Source: Selaginella moellendorffii
Taxonomy: Eukaryota; Plantae; Lycopodiophyta
DNA length: 64,000 bases
Assembly (NCBI RefSeq): GCF_000143415.4
Contig: NW_003314270.1
Coordinates: 3,085,478 to 3,149,477, forward strand
Direction of reading: 5' to 3'
Part shown: one piece after another, positions 13,821 to 27,628 of the stretch
How the letters are laid out: each line of letters opens with the position of its first letter
How positions within the stretch are numbered: the first letter of the stretch is position 1
Position numbers and translations under genes: made by a program
The notes under the pieces: generated by a model
What the model was told of the DNA's origin: nothing
What the model saw: only the letters and a program-made list of their open reading frames with translations
The model's database searches: none

Positions 13821-14798
13821 TGTTGTGAATGTGACTGTGGTATTAAAAGTTACTTATTGGCTATTCCTTTTGAATATTCTTTACTTACTGCCACAACAGC
13901 AAGAGGTTAGTATTGCTAGACTTTTTATCAGTTCCTTTTGTTCAAGTGTTAGTAAATTAGCTTAGTATCTATACTTGGCCGAATAAGCATAAGGAAGGAA
14001 TTCTTAAGTGTCTATTTAGCAGAGCATACTTGGCTTAGCTTGTTAATTCTCTTTTGCTCTGTCTTGCACTAACTTGACAAGAACCCTCATGTATTAAGAC
14101 TAGTCCCTCAATATTGTTGGATGATAGCTTACCGTATCTGCCAAACACCCTCGCTATCATGCCCTTTATATCTAGTAAATTTAAAATTTGTTCTAGAGAT
14201 TAATTCTTGGTACCAAGGGAGGCTTGGGGTGGCCTAAAGCATGTGTTCCTCAGGGGGCGGGGGGGGGGGGATAGTGGGTAAGTTGGGCATGGTTAACCAA
14301 CTTGAGGCATAGTTTAGCTCCCACTTGCATGCTTGTCCTTGTTTTGCGTCCGACTTAGGTTTAAGCCCAAGTTCCACACTATGCTAGTTGGTGGAGTACC
14401 TATATCTTCGCATTAGATCATTGGTATGCTGAAATAGTGTTAGACTTTTTTTGGGTTCCATTTTGCATGTTAGTCCTGGCATTGGGATATTAGATGCTCT
14501 AGGACTGTTCTAAATTGCTTTGTGCTCCTATCCCTTTACTCATTAGACTGTATACTCAGGAGTTGCTTTGTGGTTTAGTTCCGTCGCTCCTTGGCTCCAT
14601 GCTTAGGAGTTTGGCTCTGTACCTTCATTCAATGGCCCAAGGCCTTGAAACTTGGGTTGCATGTCACTAACCTTTGGACACGTGGCATATGGCACGTGGT
14701 ATATAACACATGGCACATAGAGGGTCTAGGTTCCGCTTCGTGGTGTTATTCTATGGTAAATCGCCATAGGATAAAGGGTAAAATTCACGTGTGCTACA
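13821..14798 (+). mobile_element. Solo LTR related to the chromovirus LTR at 50794-51705
   Basis: TG...CA ends, 5-bp TSD GTATT (13816-13820 and 14799-14803), collinear with the reverse complement of 50794-51705. Confidence 0.85.
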
Positions 14799-17700
14799 GT
14801 ATTGCATTAGGAGGCCGTGAGGACAAGGTTTGTGTCAAATGTTTGTCATAAATTCACCTTGACAAGTTCTCCTCCATCACCAAACTCACATCCATCTTCC
14901 TTTCTCACGAGGTTTGAGCAAGTGATTAGTGCTATAACAAAGATTTGAGAGTTTAATGCTTCAATAGTGACTGTAGTAAAGCTTTCTAAGCTATATCATG
15001 ACAATTCGCTAAAAGTGACAGCCACTATTGAAGGAACCACCATCCAAGACATTCATCCAAGTTCATAACAAACCTCTTCACCCTCCAAGTATGTTCTAGC
15101 TTTGCTAAGCCAAATGCATACTAGCTTATTGTGGCCAAAAATATTTAAATTAAAGTATGATTTTACTTTATTTCAACTATATAATAACACAATAGTGCCT
15201 AGTTTATAGTTTTTTTGTTTATTATTATAATTAATATTTATGATTTCTTATCTTGTATGTCTTATAATGATAATAAAGTGGGAAATTCTGATTTTATTTT
15301 AATTATAATAATCTCTAGCTCTCTTTTTATTATATTTTGATTAAAAATTATTAATTTTGGTTTAATGTATTTTTAAAATTCTTATTCTACTATCTGAGAA
15401 CTCCTTGACTGTCAGCCATAGAACCTCCATTCAAGTGTAAATTCAACCATAAGTTCAATAGAACTTTTAGGTCGATGATGAGCATGAGGTTATAGATATT
15501 TTCCATTTTAGGGTTAGGGTCGCCCCTATTTAGGGTTTGGTGCAAGGCACAAACAATTAATATCTTTGGACAGTGTGAGATATCAATTTATTAATATTGG
15601 ATTTGAAACTTGGCATGATTACAGTTTTGCCTCAATTTTGTGTTCTCCTGCTATCACGAGCTTCAGAGGCAGCAAACTTCATCATCCATTTCTTCCAGGT
15701 GTTCTAGTGATCGATCAGGCAACACTACAGCATGGTAAAGCTAGAGCGATCTTTGTCCCATCTGAGCCATATCTTCATTGTTTCTCTTTTTTTCCAGGTG
15801 AGTGGGCTAAAAATAACAAGAAGAGGGGAAACCTAGAGAAAAGATCCTTTTGGATTCATAGTAGGCACTCAATCTTCTGTGGCTATCTAATGTGAGTAAC
15901 ACTCTATTTGGTTCAGTTCCTATCATGCCTACAGCGCATGAGCATGTGATCTATGTCCCATTCCCATCCTTCTTCTAACAAGATTTTTGCCTTCATGCCC
16001 GTCCAACATGATCAATGCGGGCAACAATATACATAACTTGTTGCAGCTCAAATCCCGCAACTGAGTGTCAACACATGCATTATACTCCTAGACAATCTTA
16101 TTCTTCAAGGCCACACAACACCACCGAGCACACACTAACAAAGTTGGCTTTACATCCAAAGGGATGCATAGGAGTGGTTAGCTTTTTGTTTTTCCTATTT
16201 GCAATACTCACTCTCTGATTGTTTTTCCTAATCACAACTCAATGCATTTGCCACATCGGTGCCTAGACAACGGCCAGCAATTACATTTTCTGGAAGCCCC
16301 AGACACTACACTCTCTCGATAGGGTCCTCAACATCTTGCGATGGCCCTGTTGAGGGAAGGAGGGGCACCTCCCCCAACCCTTGCTCAAACATGAGAAATG
16401 CTTCAATGCTCTCCACAAAATGCCCCTCCTTTGCCCTTGTGGGGCAAGGGTTTTATACAAGGAAGATAGGGAATATTTTGAGGACCAGAATAATCCCTCT
16501 CTCTCTCTCTCTCAATGGCCACGCCCTAACATGTGACCACGGTGGATCGCACTGGCTCCAGACACACAAGAACCCTCCGAAGAGTGTAGAGTGTACCTTT
16601 GCTACTGATGCCAAGTGTTGGTAATTGCATGAGATAGTAGAAACTTTAGAAAACAAAGTGGAAAAGGAAAGAAAAGAAGTAGGTGCAAAGTTTGAAGACA
16701 GGGGAGAAACCTAGTGGGAAACCTTGTAGTCAAACTAGACCTAAAGTTTAAGAAAAGTGCAAAAAAAGTGTGGAAAGGGGAGAAAAATAGATGAAAAAAA
16801 AGTGAATGCCCAAAGAACTTAACCCATATTTGGATTGCAGTTCAAGAAAGTGTAATATGCAAATGCAACCTCGTGATAACTTCAGGTATGCTCCAAGGAT
16901 TAACCAAATTCAAGAAAGAAAAAGAGGTAGAAGAGGGGATGCATTGCCTAAGGGTGGTAAGTGTAGAAATGATGAAAGATGGAGTGATATGGTGGAGTGC
17001 CGAGATGGTGGTGGCACTCTGAGAAGGTGGCCATCTCTGAAAGTGTTAGGCCAATGGTCTGGTATGTCAGACTGAAGAAGATAGCAGTTGAAAAGGATGG
17101 CGTAGTCGTTGGGTTGCTTGTAAAGAGAGGTGGCATGTGCCTACTGAGTGCTGGAGTAGAAAAAAGTGGCTTTGGCTTCTGTGGCCTCATCTAAAGATCC
17201 ACCTAGGTGCCTTGAGTGAACAGGTTCACCTGGTTGCAAGAAAGTCGCTCCAGAAAAGCTAGTGTGTTGTTGGCAAATGGTCGTAATGATACCTCGAAAA
17301 TGGCATGTCCAAATGAGGTGGTGTCTTCTATTGCTGGTGTGTGTATGTGTGTCTGTGGTATGGTGTAAATGTGACTTTGAACGGAGATGTAAATGATGGT
17401 GAAAGAATGAAAGATGCAAGACCGGCATTTAGAGGTAAGTGTGGGCAACGCTACTCGAAGTGATTGGTGATGGAACTGTGAGTGTAGATGATATAGAATG
17501 GGTATGGGGAGTGTGTGGGGTGTAGTAATGGTGAGGGAAGGGCCAAAGAACCTAGAATATAGACTAAGCCAAGTGAGAAACCTTTATACAAACAGCAATG
17601 CAGCCTAAGCATGAAATCCAAGGCACGAGCCACAGTCCAATGGAGAAACACCCTCTAAAAGTAAGAAGAGGAGCCATGAAAGTAAAGTGAAAGAAAGGAA

Positions 17701-17899
17701 GAAAAAGAAAAAGAAGAGAAGAGGAACACTTCACCGAATGAAGCGTTTGAGGTGAGAGTTGTTGTGAGTATGTGGGAACTCATGTTCCTTAGCATCAGCT
17801 AGCACATATGCTCCACCTTTGATGTGTCACTGGACAAATTAGGGGCTGGTCTAGCGAGGGGAGAACTTCGAAGGCGGTATAAACTCCTTAAGTAGAACA

Positions 17900-20800
17900 A
17901 GATCGCCATCCTCGAATGGTTCAGCAGACTGCTGGTGATCAATGATTAACTTGATCTTCTGCTTGCCTCGAAGGAGATGTTAAGTCGTGGATCATCACTG
18001 TTCTTCCAAGGCAAGAACCTCCAAGTCACATGCATGAAGCTTGTCCTCATTGCTAAGTTGCATCGCTGCTGCATATCGAAGTGAAAGTGAGAATGATGGC
18101 ACCTAAATCTCCACTGGAAGCATGGCCTTTGTCCCATATATAAGGGAGAATGGGGTCATAGAGATGGATGTCTTGAAGGACATCCAAAAGGCTTACAATG
18201 CCGTAACCAAGTGCTTGTGCTAACGCCTTGGGTGATCCTCCACAAGCTTTGAGATGACTATCTTTAATATCCTGTTGCTGGACTCGGCTTGGCCATTTCA
18301 CTCAGGATAATAGCTGCTGCTCTTCATGTGCTTGACCTGCAGCTGCTAGAGAAGATGCTGCATCACCTGTCCAAGGAAGCCACTGCCACGATTGGAAATC
18401 AAAATGATAGGAACTCTGAATTGGCAAATAATGTACTCATAGATAAACTTTGCTGTAGACTGTTGATCTGCCTGTCACAGAGGGGTGGCCTCAACCCATT
18501 TTGTGAAATAGTCCATTGCCACGATGATGTATCTTTGTCCTTTTGAGCTCGGTGGGTTGATTGGGATACAAGATCCAGCAAGAAAGTGACGAAATCGCTC
18601 CAAGGTATAAACAATAGCCACCGCTTCTTTTTCCGCATCCACGTACTTCTTCTCAGTCTCTTTGAACAAATCTGAGGCATAATATGTTGTTTGCTAGGCT
18701 GTGAAAATTGGCAAAGGCATACTCCAAAAGCCTCTGTACCTGTCGTGATGTAAATTTTGAAAGGAAGTTGTTGTTTTGGTGGCTGGAGTACCGGGGCCGT
18801 GCAGAGTGACTACTTCAGTGATTCAAAGGCTTGTTGTTGGGACTCACCCCAGACAAATGGAATGTTGTGTTGTAGCAGAGCTATCAAAGGACGTGAACGT
18901 GCAGCATAGTTGTGGAGGAAACAACGAAAGAAACCCATTTACTTGAGGAAGCTATGAAGCTGCTTCACATTGGTTGGTGGGTGCCGATCCATAATCTCCT
19001 GACCCTTGGCTACCTGGGGCTTGATCCCATCTTGTGAGACATCAAAGCCTAGCAACCGGCCTTTAGTCACCCTGAATTTACACTTTGCCGTGTTCAATGA
19101 AAACCTTTGTTGTCGATAGCGAGTGAAGATCTGCTCCAAGTGCGCAAGGTGGTCCTCAAAGGAGTCAGAGGTGGTGCACAAATCATCCATATACACCCTC
19201 AAGGCACCTCCAATCAGGTTGTGAAAGGCGTGGGTCATGAACCGCTGAAAAGTAGCTCCAACGTTACACAAGCCAAATGGTAGGACGTTGAATGCAAAGA
19301 CGCCCCAAGGTGTCCAGAAGGCCATAAGATCTTGATGATCGGGATGAACAAAGATCTGGTTGTACCCTGAAATGCCATCCATGAAAGAGTAGTAATAGTG
19401 TCCAGTCATCTCATCTATGATCGCATCGATAAATGAAGTTAGAAAGTGATCTTTCACGGTTGCCTTGTTCAAGTCTCGAAAGTCAACGCAAAGGCGGATT
19501 TTTCCATTTGCCTTGCATGCACGGACGAGGTTGGCCACCCACTCTGAGCTCTCCAAAGGGTAAATAAAGCCGGTGGCCAAAGTCGCTTGATCTCCAACTT
19601 CATTTCTGAGTGAGCTGCCGGGCTGAAATGCCGCATCTTTTGACGGACTAGTTTGGCTGACTCTAAAAGCACAATACTATGCATGATTGTGTCCATGGGA
19701 ACTCCTAGAAGCTGGCTGTAGTCCCAAGCAAACACGTCCTTGAAACAATGAAGGAGGTCCAAGAGCTTTGCTGCGTTTGTTGAAGCAAGTGATGTGGCAA
19801 TAAAGACCAGGTCCTTATCATCACCTAGGAAAATGGCATGAACCCTGAAGTCTGGAGAAACCTTGGGCTCAGGGGGTTCATCTATCTTAGATTCCTCCTT
19901 AACTTTGGAAACCAAAGAGCAGGCATTGCCTTTTGCCTCTTGCATCATGGTGATTGCTTGATGTGATAACCTGTCCGCCCAAAAGTTTTCTTTATGAGGG
20001 ACACTTTGAAAAGTCACCTGAGAGAACTCATCCTTCATGTTGACCACCCACTGCCATAGCTCTTTTAGGTTCTCTTTGCAGACTTGGTATTCTCCAGTAA
20101 GTTGGCGTATGATGAGTTGCGCATCTCCAATGAAATTGACTTGCCTAAGTTTGAGATCAGTGGTCAACTTCATGGCGCTGATAGCCGCCAAGTACTCCAC
20201 TTCATTAGCTAATGTTGCTGGCAAAGTGATAGAGAGGTTAGCTACTTTGTTCTCCGCAGGATCAATCATCCAAACTCCAATGCTAGCAACCTAGTTTTTG
20301 GGGTAGAAAGCACTGTCAAAATAAGCTGTAATCATAGGGGTGTCCTCTTCTTCAAATAAAAATGTTGGGGACACCATATCCAGCAAGACCATCTTTGGCA
20401 AGTCAGGCAAGAACGTTGCTATTGGATCCAAAGCCTTTGTCTGTTGTTCCCTTTGCTTTTGATGCTCTGAGCACTCAATGTCTAATGCGAGGACTGTAGC
20501 CAAGTACTCTGCAAGGAAGGAAGATCCTCCACTGAAGTCAAGTCCAAGTCTGGTGCTAAAGTTTCAGTGTAATACACTTGCATCTATACCGGGAGCTCCA
20601 CGGTAGGAAATTCTGAACTCAAAGTGTTATATTTTGCATGCAGTATGTCCAATTAGCTTGATTCTTTCTACCAATTGTGTGTCTAGATGTCATCCTTCAT
20701 CTCCAAAAAAAATCATGAAAAAATACACTTAGAGTCGTCAGCTACCATGATTTTAGTAGGAAGATGCTGGCTATATGACACCTCAAATAGTTTCTGAGGA

Positions 20801-22899
20801 GGATTGAGTTTGGCTTTGTCCTGTGAAAGATGGACCTGGTCTAGAGTGACTGTGTCATCAAGCTCCATAAGAGAGAGTTGGTCCCATGCAAGAAATAAAT
20901 CGAGAAGCCCTTTCTCTATGGAGAAACACTCCAAAAATCTGGATACGGGAGCCCATACCCTATAAGCCTTGCCATCAAATAAAGAGGGCATGGCTAGAGG
21001 CTCGGCCTTACTCTCAAATAAAGAGAGTGAGGTTGAGAGATGTCTCAAGCTATTTGACTCACCTCCAACAATGTCAATCGCATTGCATGAGAAAGCATTC
21101 GTCATATAGATGGTCGACTCCACTGCCAACTCAGGAAAAACCTTTGTGAGCTTAGGAGGAAAGTGTGGTGTGGAGGCCATCTTAGCCTGAGCTTGCTGGG
21201 GTTGCTGAGAAAGAGCTTTGCTGTGGTTGTTGAGAAAGGTGGCGCTATAAGTTTCGTCGCTAATTTCCATCTTGTCTTGTGTGTTGTCAATGGTGCAATG
21301 GGCTGTGACTTGCCATGAGCGGCCAAGGATGATAGAGTCATTCAAAGAGGACATTCCAAGATGTTGGTAGTCAACCATGAGGAAATCTACATCAGAAATA
21401 ACACCTTGCTTTGAGACCTTGACACCACAGCAAATGCCCGCTGGAGGAACGATGTGGTTGGCGAAGGTCTTGAGCATGATGGAGGAGCTCTCAGTGATCT
21501 ATAGCTATGTTGAAAGGGCAGCTTCAAGAGAAATAATGTTGCTTCCAGAACCAGAGTCAACCAAAGCCTCCATCTGACAAGAGGAAGTACCAATTTGCAC
21601 TGGGACGAAGAATGGACCAGGATCTCCACCGTATCTTGTCATGTCGACAATGTGCACATCTTGAGGAGTTCTCTTGAGAGTGCTCTCTAGTGTTCCTTAC
21701 TGTGCAAACTCCTCTAAATGCTAGCCGAATCCCGGGACAAGGCACAACATGTCTTGGAGCGAAAAGGTGACAGGAGTGTCAACCAGCTGTTGAAGAACCG
21801 GCTCCAAAACAGAAATAGCTGTTGGTGAGATCTCAGAAGGAGAAGAGAGTAGTGACTTGAAGGGGAGCTTATAAGCCACCCTTTGTGTTACTGGATTTGG
21901 TGCCAACAGAGATTCACTTTCAACTGACGCTGGGGGATCTATGACAGGCTGAGCGGCTGCCTTCTTCTTCGCTTGGGTTCGATTGGCTGTGGTTTGCTAC
22001 TATTGTCTATAGAGTTCCTCAACTACCAAAATTGTGTTGACCGATGAGGCTGGTGCTTGGCTTTTCTTGACGAAGGGGCTGCCTCAATCGCCTGTTGCTC
22101 CAACTGCTCCTGATATGTCTCTGGACCCCGAGACGATGTGGAATTGTCAACAAAAGGATGTTGTTGGACATGTTGAAAAGGTGGAGGCCGAAGCTCTAGG
22201 TGAAGCTTGAAGCAATGCTGTGTGTTGTGTGCATTCGTCTCGTAGTGAGTGCACGAAAGGGACTTAAATTTGTGTTCTTGAGCTGCAACGGCCTCTTTCC
22301 TGGACTCCACCAGCTCCTGGAGCAGCTTGTCATGGTGTGATTGTTGATGAAGAATGATCTCCTTCAGCTGCTACATCTCATTGGCAAAGTTTTCAATAGC
22401 CGGAGGTGTATGCTCAATAGCGATGAGCTTTTGTGTGGATGGGCGAATAGTTGCACAAGGTGACTCTGATGGGGTGACGGCTTGGTCGAAATCAACTCTA
22501 GCAATCCCCAAGTCAACAAGAAGCTCTCTTTCTAGCTTTGTGGCAAACAAAAATGCCTCACGGCAAGACTTGAATGTCTTCTTAAGAAGTTTCCGCTACA
22601 AGTTCCCACGTAGACCCGTTGTGAATGCCGTGATCCCTTGTTGCTCATCTTGGACCACTCTGCAATCCCAACACTACTTCCAGTATGCTCAAAACCAGGC
22701 GATGTAATCAGGAACAGACTCGTGAGCACCCTGCCTGAACAAAAAGAGGTCGATGAGTAGTCGATTTGTGGGTTTTTCTTTAATGAAACATTCTTTGAAA
22801 GAAGCAAGTAGTGTCTGGAAGTCTGTTCGGTTCTCTGGGAGGAGAGGGTCTACCCAAGTTGCTGCTTTGCCTTTGAGAGACTGCAAGAAGTCGTGGCAG
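17900..22899 (-). mobile_element. Degenerate Ty3/Gypsy Tat-type retrotransposon internal region: gag-PROT-aRH-RT-RH-INT; 5' part cut off at 22899
   Basis: gag (LKGKAATW), protease (ALVDSGSGSN), extra RNase H (YFDSA..NEVEY..GDAQLII..ENFWADRLS), RT (LCVDFRDLNKA, YMDD), RH (AEKEAVAIV), INT (YIIVAMDYFTKWVEA); many stops, frameshifts and deletions; 3' boundary approximate. Confidence 0.85.
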
Positions 22900-23510
22900 T
22901 GTAGTAGTAGTTAAAGTGACTAATATGTGATGTTGGGGAGAATGTTCCAACACCTAAGAAGGTCGGGAGATTACTCCCCTTCTGCAAAACATAGAGATGA
23001 GGTCAAGCTAAAGGTGGCTGTGCCATAGCTCTTAGATCTAAGTCACTAAAATTTGCCGAGGATGAAGAGGACTCAACCCAAGAAGGTGCTGTGTTGTACC
23101 TGTGAGACACAAAATCCCTAGGCCCCAAAGTGGAGCCGGAAAGGGTGCCATGTGGTAGTGGCCGAAGCAAAAGCCAAACGAGCGTAACACGTTTGGACTA
23201 AAAGCTCTGACTTCAAAGGTTGAGAGCGGGAGTGGAACTCCCAACAAAGTGCTCAAGGAATGAGCACGAAGCGAGCCATAAGCGAGGCTCTACAAAGGGA
23301 CCCAAAGGGACCAATATATGACACGTGGAAGAGTCCAAGATGGACCCGAGATGGAGTCCGAGATGGAGTCCGAGATGGACCGAGACGGAGTCCGAGTGTA
23401 AGGAACCGACTCCCTAAGATGTCGTAGGCTAAAGGATCCCCAAAAGCTTGACCGAAATGACAAAGAGTGCACCCCCTTTTCCAATTGGTTAAGGGTCTTG
23501 GGATATTTGG

Positions 23511-23566
23511 GGTTAAGCGTCCTTGGGTTTGAATAGTACTGGGCTGGGTGACCTCCCGGGAAGTCC
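23511..23566 (+). promoter_or_regulatory. 5S rRNA-derived internal Pol III promoter (A-box/IE/C-box) inside an LTR
   Basis: GGTTAAGCGTCCTTGGGTTTGAATAGTACTGGGCTGGGTGACCTCCCGGGAAGTCC aligns without gaps to the internal control region of plant 5S rRNA as recalled; the 5S 5' half and 3' end are absent. Confidence 0.85.
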
Positions 23567-23985
23567 AAACTCAGGAGCTTACAATTTGGTATCGAAGCTG
23601 TTCCTTAGTCCAACTCTTATTGGTGGCCAAGTATATCACCACAAGTGTTAGCATCGGAAGGTCCTAGGAGTGGGCCTATCCTTGAGGAGTAGCAAGTCGG
23701 GAAGACATGGCTCTCCACTACAGTTCAAGTGTGAACTTGTAAGTGAGGTGGTGGATAGAAAGGGGTCAATAATAGAACGACTTTGGGATCTTGGGAACAG
23801 TATAAGGGTTTCCTCAAAGAGTTGAGGATGTGATCCAAATGAGTGTTTGACTCAGCAAACGGGCTAATGTAGTTGTGGTAAACAACTATAGTTGGGATCA
23901 CGGGAAAGATGAAAACTCCAAATCAATAAAGGAGTCACAAGATTACCCTCATATAGTTGAGGTTGGTGCTCATGAATGTGAGACC

Positions 23986-24115
23986 AGAAGTAATGACCGT
24001 GGGAGGTCAAATACGGAAGAAGGGCTCAAATCCTTGAAATGGTAGCAGGCAGAAGTAATGACCGTGGGAGGTCAAATACGGAAGAAGGGCTCAAATCCTT
24101 GAAATGGTAGCAGGG
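23986..24115. repeat. Tandem duplication of about 65 bp
   Basis: AGAAGTAATGACCGTGGGAGG...GAAATGGTAGCAGG occurs twice in tandem. Confidence 0.85.
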
Positions 24116-27100
24116 GCTACCTTTAATAAATGCTGGAACAACCCAAAGAGTTGGGGGGTGTACTTAGAGATGAGTTGGTATTCTCATCACATGGATAAGT
24201 AGTCCTAAGGGGCAAAGGTTGCCCCAGAGAACAAAATCAAGTGTCAGAGTAACACTTGTGAAAATAGTCCTTGTGAGTGAGGACATGAATGCAAGAAGTG
24301 TATTCCAGTGAGCTAGTGCCCGACAAATGGGACCTTATGGATCTGTGGATTAACCAAGTCCAAAACTGCTGGATGACTCAAGTAGAGTCAAGGAATGGTC
24401 CTAAAGGACTGATGGAAGCATTTGGACTGAAGTGTGTGGTACCCCACAAAGGATGGGGGGGATCATAGGATCCAAGGATGAGAATAGAGGGTATCTCATC
24501 AATGGCAGAATGTGCCATACTAAAGTTGTGGGAAAGATATTCCCAGAAGAAAGCAACTTTGGCTCAGATTTGGGTGCAAACTCTATGGTGTGGTGCTAAC
24601 AGATAGTTAGCATGAGGAACAACTATATTGGTCTTGGCAAAGACTTAGACACAAAGAAGAAGTGTCATAGAGGTAGGCTCGTGGAGCCGATGGTGTGGAG
24701 ACACCAAATGTGCCAAAGTGTGATACCTTGAGGCTATGTTGGTGGGTTCATGAGAACCCCTTGCCAAAGGAATCCCAATGGAAATGGGAATGGCATAGCC
24801 TAAGCTGCAGAGCATGCAGTTGGAGTGTGGTGACCGAGATAATGATGGAGGTGTGGAAGCACCAGCAATGAGTTGTAGGACTTGACAACTATGAGGCAAC
24901 TAAGCAAGAGGTGCAAAATAATTGGTTAAACAGGTAGAAGGTAGCTACCCAAGCCCTCTTAATGGCATAAGGAAGTTGGAAATACCCTTACGGGGGATAA
25001 GTTGCTTATGTTGCGATATAGTAAGTCAATGTCATAAAAGGAAATACTCATTGTCAAGAAAGCCATCATTGGGACACCCGAACACTCTAAAACACCAGGA
25101 GGTGGTGGTTAATGTCGTGAGGGCAATGGATAAGGCCCAAGGGACTAAGTCCCTAGCGAATGATGGATAGAAGGTGCTATCCAAATGTCCAAGGTTGCGG
25201 AGACAGGAGAAGACTATCTACCCGAATTGGACAAATCCAAAAATGGAATTTTGACAAGGCTAGTGATGGGCATGTAAAGGCCCACAAGCAACAATATAAT
25301 CCCAGTGTGTGGGATTATAGTGTGAGCATACCTGGATTGAGGAACCACTCCGTAGGCTATTGGGTAGGTTCATCCCTAAGAATACTTGCTAAGGCATGAT
25401 AGAAAGTGCAAAACTATCCTCCTCGTCTGGAGGAGAATGAAGCCAAAAACAAGAAGTAAGGGGATAGAATCGAACCATAGGAATCGAAGGGCATAACTAA
25501 GGTTGGTTATGCTAGCTGGGAGTGGAGAATCAAGTGGGGGCTCGAGGGTGTTGCCGCTAGCAACCATGATGCCATGGAGAGTCTAAAATATGGAATTGTC
25601 CATGTTAGAATATATGGTAATTGGAAAGCTTGCAAAAGGGGGGCCTTAGCAAGCTAAGGGACAGAGTTCCTTCAAGGTTCCCAAAGATGATTCTAGGTAG
25701 CTTAGTACCTAAAAAGGCCAAGCGTAAATGGTTTAGAGAACGCGCGAAATCAGAGTGGCACAGCAGAAACGTGGTCTTGAAGCTTGCCATGAGGCAAGGC
25801 TATCAAGGTTAGGGAAGTAGTTCCCGAGTGTTCAAAGAGAGGGCTTTGAACGAAAGTCGATGATCAAGGGCTTTCACGCTTGTGCAGGAACCATGTTACA
25901 GTGGTCGGAGGACTTGCCAAAGCGAGATTGGCAAGTCAGGGGAACAAATACCCTAGTTGAAGGTGATAACTTCAAAAAGGGTGGGCCATGGGGCCAAGCA
26001 TGGAGGAGTCCATGCATGATCACAGACTTGTCAAGTGAGAGGACTTGGCAGTGTGGAGGAACTAGGTTCCTAAGCTGTGATCTATAGCGCGCTTTGAGTA
26101 TAGTTGGTGCACCGATGTGGGGAGTCACGCCAGGCATCCTGGGTGATGCCGTCCGTAGATGCATATACGGAGGTTGGGTTCGAGTCCTGACCCTCTAGTG
26201 CTTGGGTTCGAGTCCCAAATCACTAGGGCATGGTGATGGTTTGGAATATGAGGACACTCATATTTCGGTGGTCATGGACTCTCAGTGAGGAGACTGGTTT
26301 GGGCACACCGCCAAGTGACGGATGCCTCGGAGTCGTGATGCACGGTTAGATTGCTTAGTGTGGCTTAGCATGTCTAACTTGACCACCTTGGTGCAAGTGA
26401 CACCAAGGACGTGGTGAATGAGATGGGGACACCCAGTCTCAGTTGCTATGGACCCTTGGCTGAAAGGGCTGGCTTGGGTGCACCGCCAAGTGTGGGGGAT
26501 GCCCCCAGGGTCATAGTCAACAACTTAGTAAGGTCTGGAAGACCTAGTTCCTATTGGTAGACCTATTAAGGGGTCAAGATGAGATCACTAGGTGATCTTA
26601 GGGCTAAACAAGGGCAAGGTCTTTGTTTGGGTTAAGGAATATGATTCCTAATTCAAAGTGTTAATTTGAACTATTGATAAAGGTGTGGTTTGGTCAAGGT
26701 GACTAAGTGGGAAGGACACCTAAGGGAAATGAACTACTACAATACAATGGTATTATGAGTTCAAGAAAATAGTCTCTAGAGACAGGCCCATGGGTGGGTC
26801 ACAAGGTTAGGCTAGGAAGAGAGCCTAGAACAGTTGGGGAGACTTACTAGGGGTGAACACCCTAGTCTGGGCAAAGCAAATCTTTTGTTATGGAACCAAA
26901 AGAATACCTTTAGGAGGGAGGTAATGATCCTATGTTGCTTGGTGCAACAATCCAAGGATAGGAGCAAAAGACGAGTGCCCAAGATAGGGCCGTGGAATCC
27001 ACTGGAAAGGATCCAAGTGGCAAAGTTAGCCAAGGAACACTAATGTGTTTGAAGCTAATGGATTGCGGAAAAAGAAATGGACTTCCACGGATGGATTCCC

Positions 27101-27487
27101 AAGTGCTCCAATTTGGCAAAGGAAAGGCTCCAAGTGAGGGAGCAGCTAAGTAGCCAAAAGATAGGGCCGTGGACAGCCCTAGCACAAATAATGATAAATG
27201 GAACGTAATGCCAATGGTGGCACAAAAATAGAAAAGAGGATGATGGTGCCCTCTAGTAGAGAACTTCCTAGGAGGGGAAGCGGAGTTGCACAAAATGTGC
27301 AAAGCAAGGTGTCGGAGACACCTAGGAAATTGACTTCCAGAAGTCAAAGAGTAAAAGTTCCAAGGTGCAAACGTTCAATCAATGAAAATCGAGACTACTC
27401 GAGAAGGAGTAATGGGATTGACTTAGAGAAGGGTCTCTAAGAGGTTTAGCGAGAACTAAACCAATAAAAGGAGAGAACCATTAATGA

Positions 27488-27628
27488 ATATGGAGAAGGC
27501 ATGGTGAGCCTTCAATGTCAAACCATTGACGAATATGGAGAAGGCATGGTGAGCCTTCAATGTCAAACCATTGACAAATATGGAGAAGGCATGGTGAGCC
27601 TTCAATGTCAAACCATTGACAAATATTG
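27488..27628. repeat. 45-bp tandem repeat, 3 copies
   Basis: AATATGGAGAAGGCATGGTGAGCCTTCAATGTCAAACCATTGAC repeated just upstream of the PPT. Confidence 0.85.

Noticed and set aside
23511-23566. Functional 5S rRNA gene
   Set aside because: Only the internal control region is present, embedded in an LTR, without the 5S ends or a T-run terminator
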